From the NCBI GenBank assembly GCA_963718615.1, contig OY970368.1:1920001-1984000 (forward strand): a stretch of DNA of 64,000 nt, in the 5' to 3' direction. The translations under genes were made by a program, and so were the position numbers. Below are positions 1 through 9,300 of this stretch, piece after piece; the first letter of the stretch is position 1, and the number at the start of each line of letters is the position of its first letter. This DNA is from an uncultured cyanobacterium (GTDB lineage: Bacteria > Cyanobacteriota > Cyanobacteriia > PCC-9006 > JAAUQQ01). A model generated the notes under the pieces. That model was not told where the DNA came from, ran no database searches, and worked only from the letters and a program-made list of their open reading frames with translations.

Positions 1-9
1 TACTTGCAG

Positions 10-31
10 CTGCTCAACCGGAACGTTAGCG
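10..31 (+). mobile_element. Right arm of an attC-like integron cassette recombination site (cut by window edge)
   Basis: GCTCAACCGGAACGTTAGCG has an L'-like box, a short spacer and a GTTAG core (25-31). Its exact reverse complement CGCTAAC sits at 891-897, just after the arr gene, as expected for cassette ends. Confidence 0.6.
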
Positions 32-107
32 ATAGTTGCTGTAGACTTTAACGGACTCAGAACAAGAAACTAAATAGATATTCCGATAATTAGGAGACAA
101 AATAATT

Positions 108-851
108 ATGGAATTTAACCCAAACAACAATGTTGTTAAACTTTGCCTTCAAGGTATGGGCATGGAAGAAAAAGGCAAACCTGAAGAAGCAAGTAAACTC
201 TTTCTTCAAGCCTGGAACGAAGCGACATACGATTTTGAAAAATTTATTTCAGCTCATTATGTAGCCCGACATCAAAAAACTGTTTCTGACAAATTAAAAT
301 GGCTCGAAACGGCTTTGCAGTTTGCATTAAAAATAAATGACGACACTGTCAAGAGTGCTTTCCCTTCTCTATATTCAAACATTGCCAAATGCTATGAGAA
401 ATTAAGCGACCCTGATAAGGCAAAAAAGAATTATGAATTAGCAACTTCGTTTAAGGATAAACCTTCTGACAAAGGTCCTTTTTATCATGGAACGAAAGCA
501 GATTTGCAGGTTAGCGATTTGCTGACAGCAGGGAGTAATTCTAACTATAAATCTGAACTCAAAATGAATCACATTTACTTTACAGCCCTTGTTAATGGAG
601 CGGGACTAGCTGCTGCCTTAGCAAAAGGCAATGGACGTGAACGTGTTTATATCGTTGAACCGACAGGGGGATTTGAAAATGACCCGAATGTTACAGACAA
701 AAAATTTCCGGGCAATCCGGCACGCTCATATCGCTCCCAAGCACCATTAAAGATCGTTGGCGAAGTAACAGATTGGGTGAGACAAACACCTGAGGAACTC
801 CAAAAATGGCGTGAAAAATTGGCCAACAATAAAGGAGAAATTATTAATTAA
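108..851 (+). CDS. arr: NAD(+)-rifampin ADP-ribosyltransferase (Arr family) with N-terminal TPR-like helical domain
   Basis: C-terminal half has Arr motifs PFYHGTKADL, NHIYFT, VYIVEPTGGFENDPNVTDKKFPGNP.RSYRS. N-terminal ~115 aa are helical-repeat-like. RBS AGGAG upstream; AT-rich. Confidence 0.9.
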   Translation: MEFNPNNNVVKLCLQGMGMEEKGKPEEASKLFLQAWNEATYDFEKFISAHYVARHQKTVSDKLKWLETALQFALKINDDTVKSAFPSLYSNIAKCYEKLSDPDKAKKNYELATSFKDKPSDKGPFYHGTKADLQVSDLLTAGSNSNYKSELKMNHIYFTALVNGAGLAAALAKGNGRERVYIVEPTGGFENDPNVTDKKFPGNPARSYRSQAPLKIVGEVTDWVRQTPEELQKWREKLANNKGEIIN

Positions 852-967
852 TTTCTCAGATGCCCATACCATCCTCATAAACCAACGAACCGCTAACATA
901 TGTTAGTAGACATGCTTGCTGTCGCGCGATGCATGGTCGTCTCCTCGTCTTTTCAGGTTCTCGTCTC

Positions 968-1052
968 CCCATAAAGCGCGATGCACCGGAACTTTGAAGG
1001 CTGCTATGTTGCCGAGTGAGTGGTCTGCGTCCGGCGATCGCAAACGTTAGAC
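968..1052 (+). mobile_element. attC-like site (imperfect hairpin)
   Basis: GCGATGCACCGGA (978-990) pairs with TCCGGCGATCGC (1030-1041) with one extra base. Ends in a GTTRRRY core, GTTAGAC (1046-1052). Left core is degenerate (CATAAA instead of TAAC). Confidence 0.6.
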
Positions 1053-1109
1053 AGATTCCTTTTCATAAGGATACGATTCTAGTAACACACTTTTTATGGC
1101 ACAAAGCTT

Positions 1110-1262
1110 ATGAACAAGATGAATCTTGGTCTCGGTATTGGCTTAGGCGTAGGTATCGGGACTGCCATAGGTGTAGCAACGGACAACATCGGTATTGGAC
1201 TTGGTATAGGGATTGCAATCGGTGTTGCGATTGGTCTTCAAGGCAGTAACGGTGACCAATAA
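1110..1262 (+). CDS. 50-aa glycine-zipper small membrane protein (not in ORF track)
   Basis: Manual translation: MNKMNLGLGIGLGVGIGTAIGVATDNIGIGLGIGIAIGVAIGLQGSNGDQ*. Two hydrophobic GxxxG-rich segments; follows the GTTAGAC core. Confidence 0.75.
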   Translation: MNKMNLGLGIGLGVGIGTAIGVATDNIGIGLGIGIAIGVAIGLQGSNGDQ

Positions 1263-1327
1263 AGTTTGTTGCTAACCCGTCAAACTTGGGTAGATATGAT
1301 TCTGTTAGCTTGTTGTGGATTTTGTTT

Positions 1328-4300
1328 TTAGTCCGCCCTCCCCCGCTGCCCACAAACCTGCGCCGGCTCAAACCACTGCGCCAGCCCCCGCTGAACCTGA
1401 TCCGCAGCCTGCTTCGGTGTTAGTTTACCCTGCAAGACCCCTAGGGCACTATCCCCCATCAGCTCCAGTCCATTCGGCAACCCCTCCTGCAACGCCTCAG
1501 CCGTCCAGCGAATATCGGTTTGATCGCTTTGGGTGAATTTTAGAAACGCTTGCGCTGCTGGATCCTGAGGCAAATCGGTCATTCGTCGCAACGGGAAAAA
1601 ACCAGGGATAGCCGACGCAAGTTGCTGAACCACCGATTCCTGACTTAGCCATTGCAGCAGGGCCTGGGCTGCTTCTGGGTGTTCCGAGGCCGCGTTGACG
1701 CCGATGGCAAAATCTGGCTGAAACGTCACCACTGTGGGCTGTCCCTGGGGCGGCGGCACGGCAAACACGCTCCAAGCAAAGTCGGGTTTAGCCTCTTCAA
1801 TCTGGGGAATTTGCCAGGAACCGCTGATCATCATCGCGGCTTTGCCGTCATACAACAACTGACGGCTGTCCTGTTCGGTGACGATGGTGTTGTCGTCCGG
1901 CAAGAAGGGGCGTAAATCCCCAAGGGCTTTGAACGTGGCGATCGCCCTCGGGTCATTAAAACAGCGATCGCCCGACAAATAGGCCAACCGCCCTGCCCGT
2001 CCGCCGATAAAATTGGGCGCTAGGTTAAACAACAGGGTTTCTGCCACCGAGAGACTGTTTTGGGTGCTGTTGGCTAGGGGAATATAGCCCGCAGCTTTGA
2101 GGGTTTGCGCTGTTGCTAGAAATTCCTCCCAGGTTTGAGGCAGGGCCAAGTTCAGGGATTTGAACAAATTGGCGTTGTAATAAACCCCGTGGGACACCGC
2201 CATCATGGGCAGGGCGTAGAGTTCGCCTGCATCATTTTGCCAGGGTTTGAGGGCCTCCGGGTCGTAGGCTGGGGTGATTTCCTCAATTTTGGGAAAATCG
2301 TTGAGCGATCGCAGCGCCCCCTGCTGGATGAGCGTCTGCCCCGCCGAAAAGGGTGGCACAAAGAACAAATCCGGGGCCTTGCCCTCCGCCAGTTGATCTG
2401 CCAAGACCGTTTGATAATCCATTCCCCGCGTCGGCGCGAACTGGACCTCTAGCTTGGGATTCTCGGCCATAAATTTTGCCAAAAGCTGGTCAAACTCGGC
2501 TTGATCTTCGGTTCGCCAGGAGCCCAACGTTATCGTAGTCCGGCTTGCATCCATGGCCGCGAGATCCCGCGCTTGGAGCGTGGGGGTTTGGGTGGGTTGA
2601 GGGGCGGCGTTGAGTTGGCGATCGCTCCACAGCGGATAGACCCCATAGATCACCGTAAAAATCGCCACAAACACGCCCAACGCCACAGGATAAAACCGTT
2701 TTCCCAGGCGATCGATCTGCAATAAAAGCTGATCATTCTGGCGCTTGGCGGCGACGTTGGTGCCAATGGAAACAAACAGGGCAAAGAGGCAAAGGACATA
2801 CATGGCGTAAAACATGTATTCGATCGCAACCAAATACCCCACCACGGGCAAATCATTGGACAGCCGCACATGGAAAAATGATGTCGCCAGCAAAATGCTC
2901 AGCCCGCCCCCGGCCTTGGGCGCAATGCCGTCCGCCGGAATAAACAAAATCATGTAGGCGGCAACCAGGAGCAAAAACACCGGTAGCAGATTTTTCAGGA
3001 CAAAACCAACGGCGTCTCGCTGGAGATAGACCGCCACGTTGAACCGAGAATATTGAATTCGGTCATCAAATTTGGCATCCAGAAACTGGGGATCGCCCAG
3101 GGTCGAATCGTCCCGCAGCACGTCCTGGAAAAACTTGGCGCTTTTGATCCGCCAGGTGGGCAAGCCATCGAGGACCTTGGACTGTTCCAGTTTGCTGAGG
3201 ATGCTGCGGGTGCTGTTGCTGCGCATCCCGACGACATCATCGACGTAGAGCAAATCCTCGGCCTTCAGGCTTTTGTGGCGAAAGCTGACAATCAGCGTCT
3301 GTTGGTCAAAGGGATAATCCCGAAAATCAAACTCTCCCCGGAACCGACCCTTCACCCGATAGGCTCGGTAATGCATCGGTCCCAGCTCATCGGGTGTGTC
3401 GCTGGCATTCATCAGCTCTTGGGTTTCCAGCGGTTCGGCAAGATTCGTAAACTCAATGTCGTCGGCCTTAAACTCGCCGCGATAGCGAAACCAAAGATAA
3501 AAATCCACCAGGTACGAGGAATCCTTCGGGTCTAGGGCATCGATCGCATTGATATCAATCCCCGTATAAACCACCTGGACAGGCTTCATGTAGCGACTAT
3601 TCACCGGCAGCAGTTCACCCTTGACCAGGGCTGTTTTCAAATCGGCCACCTGTCGCAAATCCGTCACCGCTTGCAGTTGGAGTGCCGCCGGAATGAGCTG
3701 TCGGTCCTGGAAAATTCCCATGGGAACCGCCCGTAAGCTTTCGCCCTGGCCATCAAAATACAGATCCCCCTGGAGTCCTTTGACCGCGTTGCTGAGATTG
3801 TTGATTTGGGCGATCGCCTCCCGCAGTTTTTCCCGCCGCTGCTGCACCGATCCCCGGTTCTGCGCCAATTGAGCCCGAGCCATGGCTTCCGTCACCACAT
3901 GGGCCGCGTCGTAATAGGTGGCCGCCGCCCAAGTGGGCTGTTGACCATAGCGATCGACAAAATCCACCTGAAAATCCTGGGCCTCGCCACTGGCCACATC
4001 AAAAATGATGGGAGCCACCGCATAGAGCCCATCGGAGAAATAGCCCGGTTCCGCCTGCTCTTCTGGATAACTGGCAAAGAGCTCACTTAGGCTCTCTTTC
4101 CCCAGGGAATCTGGCCCCAAAAGCAGCGGCGTCAGCTCATTCCGTTTGAGGTCCACCACCAACGGCACCGCCACCTGATCCGGCGTTGCGATTAACAAGG
4201 CCCCCAAATCTTTGCCCTGGAGCTTATCCTGTAGCAATTCCTCAATCATCTGGGCCTGGACCTGGGCTTGGGCCTCCGGATTCTCCGCAGGCAGCACCCA

Positions 4301-4957
4301 GCGATGCTTGAGCGTGCCGCCAATCCCCTGGAATGTTGCTTCAAAGCTCTGGGCCAAGGACTGACCATAGCTGTCGTCCACATACACCAGACTGGCCTGC
4401 TGGGTCTTGAGAATGCGACTGAGGTAATGGGCCAAAAAGCTCGCCTGGGCCTGGTTGCTAAAGAGCGATCGAAAATACCACTCGTTGTCCTGGGTGACGG
4501 CCTCCGCCGTGGCCGAGCCGGTGATGGCTGGGATTTTTGCCTGTTTATAAATTTCCCCGGCGGCGATCGCCGTCGAGCTATAGTAATTGCCTAAAACCGC
4601 TAGGACCCGGCGATCGCGACTCAACACCTCCGCCTGCCGCTTCGCCACTGCCGGATCTCCCTGGTCATCAAAACTCAAGAGCCGCACCGGATGTCCCTGG
4701 ATCCCCCCCTGCTGATTTAACCGTTGGAGGTATAATTCAATGCCCCGTAGCATTTGCTCCCCATTGGCCTGCTTGGCCCCCGAAAAAGGACCGACAGCGG
4801 CAAGGTAGAGCGGCGTAGGGCGGGCAAATAAGCTGCCCAGAAGCAGAACAACTAATAGAGCGGCAATAAAGAGGCTGGCGAGACCGCGTTTTTGACGGAG
4901 CGATCGCGGCAGTGAGGCCGCCCCCTGTCCCCATAGCTTATGTATAAAATTAATCAT
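1328..4957 (-). CDS. Pentameric ligand-gated ion channel (GLIC/ELIC-like) fused to an N-terminal LIV-BP-type binding domain and a C-terminal family-1 solute-binding domain
   Basis: N-terminal TM and Venus-flytrap domain (DDQGDP, GNYYSS, WYFR). pLGIC ectodomain (VDFYLWFRY, Pro-loop FRDYPFDQQ). Four hydrophobic segments, then a sugar-type SBP (LYALP, YYNANLF, PQTWEE, MISGSW). ATG at 4957 preferred over GTG at 5116. Confidence 0.85.
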   Translation of the reverse strand: MINFIHKLWGQGAASLPRSLRQKRGLASLFIAALLVVLLLGSLFARPTPLYLAAVGPFSGAKQANGEQMLRGIELYLQRLNQQGGIQGHPVRLLSFDDQGDPAVAKRQAEVLSRDRRVLAVLGNYYSSTAIAAGEIYKQAKIPAITGSATAEAVTQDNEWYFRSLFSNQAQASFLAHYLSRILKTQQASLVYVDDSYGQSLAQSFEATFQGIGGTLKHRWVLPAENPEAQAQVQAQMIEELLQDKLQGKDLGALLIATPDQVAVPLVVDLKRNELTPLLLGPDSLGKESLSELFASYPEEQAEPGYFSDGLYAVAPIIFDVASGEAQDFQVDFVDRYGQQPTWAAATYYDAAHVVTEAMARAQLAQNRGSVQQRREKLREAIAQINNLSNAVKGLQGDLYFDGQGESLRAVPMGIFQDRQLIPAALQLQAVTDLRQVADLKTALVKGELLPVNSRYMKPVQVVYTGIDINAIDALDPKDSSYLVDFYLWFRYRGEFKADDIEFTNLAEPLETQELMNASDTPDELGPMHYRAYRVKGRFRGEFDFRDYPFDQQTLIVSFRHKSLKAEDLLYVDDVVGMRSNSTRSILSKLEQSKVLDGLPTWRIKSAKFFQDVLRDDSTLGDPQFLDAKFDDRIQYSRFNVAVYLQRDAVGFVLKNLLPVFLLLVAAYMILFIPADGIAPKAGGGLSILLATSFFHVRLSNDLPVVGYLVAIEYMFYAMYVLCLFALFVSIGTNVAAKRQNDQLLLQIDRLGKRFYPVALGVFVAIFTVIYGVYPLWSDRQLNAAPQPTQTPTLQARDLAAMDASRTTITLGSWRTEDQAEFDQLLAKFMAENPKLEVQFAPTRGMDYQTVLADQLAEGKAPDLFFVPPFSAGQTLIQQGALRSLNDFPKIEEITPAYDPEALKPWQNDAGELYALPMMAVSHGVYYNANLFKSLNLALPQTWEEFLATAQTLKAAGYIPLANSTQNSLSVAETLLFNLAPNFIGGRAGRLAYLSGDRCFNDPRAIATFKALGDLRPFLPDDNTIVTEQDSRQLLYDGKAAMMISGSWQIPQIEEAKPDFAWSVFAVPPPQGQPTVVTFQPDFAIGVNAASEHPEAAQALLQWLSQESVVQQLASAIPGFFPLRRMTDLPQDPAAQAFLKFTQSDQTDIRWTAEALQEGLPNGLELMGDSALGVLQGKLTPKQAADQVQRGLAQWFEPAQVCGQRGRAD

Positions 4958-5180
4958 GAAACTATTAATAGCGTAGAAACCTGGCTCTTTCTCTCCTTTC
5001 CAACCCTTTGCTCGCCCATCCGTATCCCTGGACAAATTTCCAGGACTGAAAGGTGAGTCTGGAAAGGTAATGACTGAAAAGGGATGACTGAAAGGCGATC
5101 GCCCCCCTGCGGGCACTCTGGAACTAGAGGCTTACTGTGCATTTCTCCCGTCGCGTATTTTCCGTTGATTCCCCGTCACC

Positions 5181-6986
5181 ATGCAGAATGCCGGACCTAT
5201 GAACCGCAAAGCAGGCCAAAAGGCAAGCAAAAAGGCAGGCCAAAAAACTGCTGAGCCGAAGAATCCAGTGCTCTCCGCCCAGGAAGCCGCCCTGCACAAA
5301 CGGGAATCCGCTAGAGCCCGTCAGGCGTTGATTAGTTTTGCGGCCCCCCTTGCCTTTGTTTCAGCCCTGATTGGCCTAGGGCTCTACTTCGTCGCTGGGC
5401 CAAAACTAGCCGTGGCCTTACCCGGTGCCATCCTCTCCCTCTCCCTGTCCTATCGTTACCCTCGGCAGGCCCTCTGGTTTTTCTTCCTTTACATGCCCTT
5501 TTCCGGTACGGTCACCTACTGGTTGGCTGGGGGAAATGCGCTGTTTCAGTTGGCCAAGGATGCTTTTTTCTTTCCGGCCTTAGTGGCGCTGATCCTGCTC
5601 TCTAAAAAAAATAAGGACGAAGAATTTTGGCAACCCAAAGGGCTCATGCCCTGGCTGATGCTGCTGATGGTCATGTGTATCCTGACGCTGCTGTTTGTCA
5701 ACTTGCCACGGGAGTTTTTGGCCGACTGTACGGAAACCACCAAACTCTTGAAGAAAGCCTGCAAAGAAGGTCAGCCCTTTGCCCAAGGTTTACTGGGGCT
5801 GAAGGTTTTTATGGGCTATGTGCCACTGGTTTTTGCCATGCAGGTGTTGATTAAGGGGCGCAAGGAGTTTTTGTTTTTTACGCGCACCCATGTGGTCCTG
5901 GCGATTAGCTGCTGTGTGCTGTGTCTGGTGCAGTATGGCATGCTCAAAACGGGCCGCTGTGCTGGAACGGATAATCTCAGCGGTGATGACCTGTTTAAGG
6001 CAACCCTAGATGCCAAATGTTTTGTCGGCGGTTCTCTGGTTTACAGTCCATCGCAAAATATGATTCGGTTGCCGGGAACCTTTGTGGCTCCCTGGCAGTG
6101 GGGCTGGTTTTTAATTGGCAATGCCTATCTCACCAGTGCTTCGGCCTTTAGCGATCCCTCAGCACTATGGCGGCTACTGGGATTTGTGGGGATGGGCACG
6201 ACCTTTGCCGGGGCGGTGATCTCGGGGCAACGAATTGCGCTGGCCTTGGTGCCAATATCGGTGATATTGCTTGTGATTTTGACGGGACAGCTCAAAAATA
6301 TTAAGCGGTTTATCCCCGTGGCCATTGGGCTTGGTGCCTTGGTGGTGGTTGGGATGACCGTTTATGCGGACTTGGTGCAAGAGCGAATTGATAGCTTTGT
6401 CAGTCGTTGGCAAGCCTCTCCGGCGACCGATATGATTGCCCATCAAATTGCTTTTGTCTGGCCCTATATCAACGATAAACCCATTGGCAATGGCTTGGGG
6501 AGTGCGATTAACTCGACCCGGATGTTTGGACCTACGATTCTGATTGAAACCTGGTTTCCTCGGGTGGCCTATGAGGTTGGGGTGATTGGGCTCATCATCT
6601 TTTTGCTGTTTGTCACGGTAATCAGCATTTTGACATTCAAAGCCTATCGATCTCTGAAGGAGAAGAACCTCCGTAGTTTTGCCGCCTGTTTTTGGGTATT
6701 TATTGTCTTTATTAGCTACCAGACCTATTATTACCCGCTGGATGTGGATCCCATTGCGGTCTATTACTGGGCTTTAATTGGAGCAGTATTCAGACTACCC
6801 GCCATTGAAAAACAAATGTTTTTAGCCGCTCAACACCCCGCCTCCGGGAACCAGAGCACTGCACCAGAGCGGCCTCGTTTTGCACCCGTCAAAGCCCGTG
6901 AGGCCGTAGAGATGAATCCAGAAATGAGCCCCAAGGCTAGCCCCAAGACCGGCCCAGAAATCAACGCAGATAAATCAACAAATTGA
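5181..6986 (+). CDS. hpsL: Hormogonium polysaccharide biosynthesis protein HpsL (O-antigen ligase/polymerase-like)
   Basis: Multi-pass membrane protein with motifs YMPFSGTVTY, RLPGTFVAPWQW and YYYPLDVDP. Confidence 0.8.
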   Translation: MQNAGPMNRKAGQKASKKAGQKTAEPKNPVLSAQEAALHKRESARARQALISFAAPLAFVSALIGLGLYFVAGPKLAVALPGAILSLSLSYRYPRQALWFFFLYMPFSGTVTYWLAGGNALFQLAKDAFFFPALVALILLSKKNKDEEFWQPKGLMPWLMLLMVMCILTLLFVNLPREFLADCTETTKLLKKACKEGQPFAQGLLGLKVFMGYVPLVFAMQVLIKGRKEFLFFTRTHVVLAISCCVLCLVQYGMLKTGRCAGTDNLSGDDLFKATLDAKCFVGGSLVYSPSQNMIRLPGTFVAPWQWGWFLIGNAYLTSASAFSDPSALWRLLGFVGMGTTFAGAVISGQRIALALVPISVILLVILTGQLKNIKRFIPVAIGLGALVVVGMTVYADLVQERIDSFVSRWQASPATDMIAHQIAFVWPYINDKPIGNGLGSAINSTRMFGPTILIETWFPRVAYEVGVIGLIIFLLFVTVISILTFKAYRSLKEKNLRSFAACFWVFIVFISYQTYYYPLDVDPIAVYYWALIGAVFRLPAIEKQMFLAAQHPASGNQSTAPERPRFAPVKAREAVEMNPEMSPKASPKTGPEINADKSTN

Positions 6987-9300
6987 GTCCTGGAATCGTT
7001 CGCGACAGTGTCCAAAACACCAGGGCAATATAGAGCAAGCCAACGGACCATTGGTACCAGGCTAAGGCTGCAATAAAGCTGGGCAACTGATAGTCGCGCA
7101 GCCGCACATCGTTGAATCCAAAACGAAACCAGTTGTTCAAGCTGAAATCATAGTAATTTAACCAACCCCAGCGCCGTTCCCAGAGGATGGGGAGATAGCG
7201 ATCGCGAAAAAACGAAAACCTCGGCACCGTCGGTAGCCGTGCAATCAGCACCCGCAACTGGCGCATCGAGCCATCTTCCACCCAGTAGCTTTCTCGGGGT
7301 CCCTCGGATCGCTGTTCTTCCCAAAATAACAATAGCAGGAGCGCCAGCGGAATTGGTCCAATCACCAGCCCTAAACTGGCCAACGTCAGTCCCGGCTGGG
7401 CGGTACCATTCCAAATCGCCCCTAGCCCAATCCCCATCATGCTCGTGAACATACTGCCCATGGCAATCAGTTCCGGCAGTTGGGGCCAAAGGTGCGGGGG
7501 ACGAATGCGATCGGCGGCCCAAAAGAGTAGGCCAAAATGGGCGATCGCCACCAATCCCACTCCCAAAACCAGTCCCACATTGCTGCCGTAGTCACTGAGG
7601 ACCAACAAGAGACTTAAAATTAAAGCTTGAAATGCTTTGCCTAGCCAGCCCTGGATCGAGCTAGAACGGGCAACGACGATGCGATCGCGCACCCGCACAT
7701 AGGTTGCCAGATCAACCGACTCTAAGCTCAGCAGTTCCGAACGGCTGTTAAAGGGATGCTCTGCGCGAAAGCGGATGATTTCTGTCCTTTGGGTCGATGA
7801 AAATCCCACTTGCCCCAGTTGTGCTGCCAAAGCCGTATTGATATTGACTCCCAGGAGTGCTTGATGCAACGCCCGTAACCGCAACCGCTGGGCTAAAAAC
7901 TCAACGGCGTTGGCATCAGCAATTTGCTGACGCTGGCGAAAGCCGGTGATCAACTCGCGCAAAACGGCCTGGTTTTCTTGCAAATTGGGCACCGATAGAA
8001 ACGGCCCAATCTGTCCTGGGCTGCCGACAATGGAAGCCTGGGGACTATCCAGGCGCAGCCCCGCTAAATTGAGGTGAGCCAGAGGATGACGACAAGCAAG
8101 ATCGGCGCAGGCAAAACTCGCCTCGCTAAAGTCCACCGTGCTCCCTAGGCTAGCTCCCCGCAGATTTACCGACTGCGAAAACTGGGCCTGCCGAAACAAG
8201 ACATTGTCCCGAAAAACCGCATTGGTGAGAAACAGCGCCGCAGAAAACCGACTGCGGAGCCAGTCTGCCGAGTCCTGCCAAAGGGTTTCCGAAAAATCTG
8301 CGTTTTTCTGAAACTGAATTCGCGAGAGGTTGGCTTTTCCCAAAAACTGCGCTTGGCTAAACCCGGCGGTTTGGCTAAATTCGCTGCCCTGAAACTGCAC
8401 GTCTGCATGAAATTGGACCTGGGAAAAACTGGCTCGATTGAGAAACAGGGCATTGCGAAAACTGACCCCTTGGCCAAAACTGGCTCCATTAAAACTCGCC
8501 GCCTTTTCAAACCGAGCCTCAGCGGCATCAAGCGATCGCTCAAATACCACCCCCCTGGCCTGCACTAAGCCCAAAAAATAGGTGTTGGCCCAGGTTACAG
8601 ATCCTGAAAATTGAGTTTGAATCAATTGCAACGATGCGGGAAAGAGCGTAATTTGACTAGGTCGCTGAAAATTTCCTAGGAGCGATCGCGATAACTGTTG
8701 AAGCTGCATCAATCGACGGCGATCGCGTCGCAACTGCTCAGACCCCGCCTCACTGAGACTGATGGCGCTCGCCAATTCTCCACTTCCCCCATCAAAGGTA
8801 ATCCGTTGACCGAGCTGCCGCAAATCAAAGTCTCCTTCAATGTGAGAGTAACTTAAATCTAGATTGACGGGTGCATTTTGTTCCTGAAGCTGAGCTCGAA
8901 TTCGGCGATAGAATGCATCTCGAAACTCGACTTGAGCAGGGCTATCTGTCCTCAGATCGATGGTAAATTGTCGTAAATTTATCGTTCGTAAGGGTGCGCT
9001 TGCAACGGTAGATTTAAGCCGTTGATTCAGAATGTCAAGAGTTAATGGTGGAGGAGAATTAGATTGATCAGGCTGAACTGATGCGGAATTTGCCACGGCA
9101 TGGGGTTGGTAGAGCGGTGCGGCGATCGCCCCAGCTCCAGGCTCACCAAGCCCGACAGACCCTGGTAATAAACATCCTAATCCTAATCCTAACCCTAACC
9201 CTAATCCCAAGCCCAAACCCCAAAACAGCAATCGTTTAAAGGGAAGAAGACCAATAGGACTTAATCTAGACTGATCGGGGGCGATCGCATTCTGATTCAT
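6961..9300 (-). CDS. Pentapeptide-repeat membrane protein with HhH-like motif and C-terminal TM domain
   Basis: A(x)F-type repeats (ARFEKAASFNGASFGQGVSFRNALF...), ComEA-like NINTA...F.SR.EL segment, several C-terminal TM helices. Confidence 0.75.
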   Translation of the reverse strand: MNQNAIAPDQSRLSPIGLLPFKRLLFWGLGLGLGLGLGLGLGCLLPGSVGLGEPGAGAIAAPLYQPHAVANSASVQPDQSNSPPPLTLDILNQRLKSTVASAPLRTINLRQFTIDLRTDSPAQVEFRDAFYRRIRAQLQEQNAPVNLDLSYSHIEGDFDLRQLGQRITFDGGSGELASAISLSEAGSEQLRRDRRRLMQLQQLSRSLLGNFQRPSQITLFPASLQLIQTQFSGSVTWANTYFLGLVQARGVVFERSLDAAEARFEKAASFNGASFGQGVSFRNALFLNRASFSQVQFHADVQFQGSEFSQTAGFSQAQFLGKANLSRIQFQKNADFSETLWQDSADWLRSRFSAALFLTNAVFRDNVLFRQAQFSQSVNLRGASLGSTVDFSEASFACADLACRHPLAHLNLAGLRLDSPQASIVGSPGQIGPFLSVPNLQENQAVLRELITGFRQRQQIADANAVEFLAQRLRLRALHQALLGVNINTALAAQLGQVGFSSTQRTEIIRFRAEHPFNSRSELLSLESVDLATYVRVRDRIVVARSSSIQGWLGKAFQALILSLLLVLSDYGSNVGLVLGVGLVAIAHFGLLFWAADRIRPPHLWPQLPELIAMGSMFTSMMGIGLGAIWNGTAQPGLTLASLGLVIGPIPLALLLLLFWEEQRSEGPRESYWVEDGSMRQLRVLIARLPTVPRFSFFRDRYLPILWERRWGWLNYYDFSLNNWFRFGFNDVRLRDYQLPSFIAALAWYQWSVGLLYIALVFWTLSRTIPGLNLLIYLR
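9176..9220. repeat. Hexamer tandem repeat (CCTAAT/CCTAAC/CCCAAR) encoding a (Gly-Leu)n run
   Basis: cctaatcctaatcctaaccctaaccctaatcccaagcccaaaccc; translates to GLGLGLGLGLGLG on the minus strand. Confidence 0.8.

Noticed and set aside
1271-1309. GCTAAC...GTTAGC as a complete attC site
   Set aside because: Only 39 bp with no paired L boxes; kept only as a possible remnant.
1016-1371. ORF-track calls 1016-1249 (+) and 1108-1371 (-)
   Set aside because: They overlap the attC-like site and are alternative frames of the better-supported glycine-zipper ORF at 1110-1262.
4958-5116. 53-aa N-terminal extension of the channel protein
   Set aside because: GTG start with no signal features; the ATG at 4957 puts the TM near the N-terminus.
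9176-9220. Telomere-like CCCTAA repeats
   Set aside because: Explained by the in-frame Gly-Leu run of a coding sequence.
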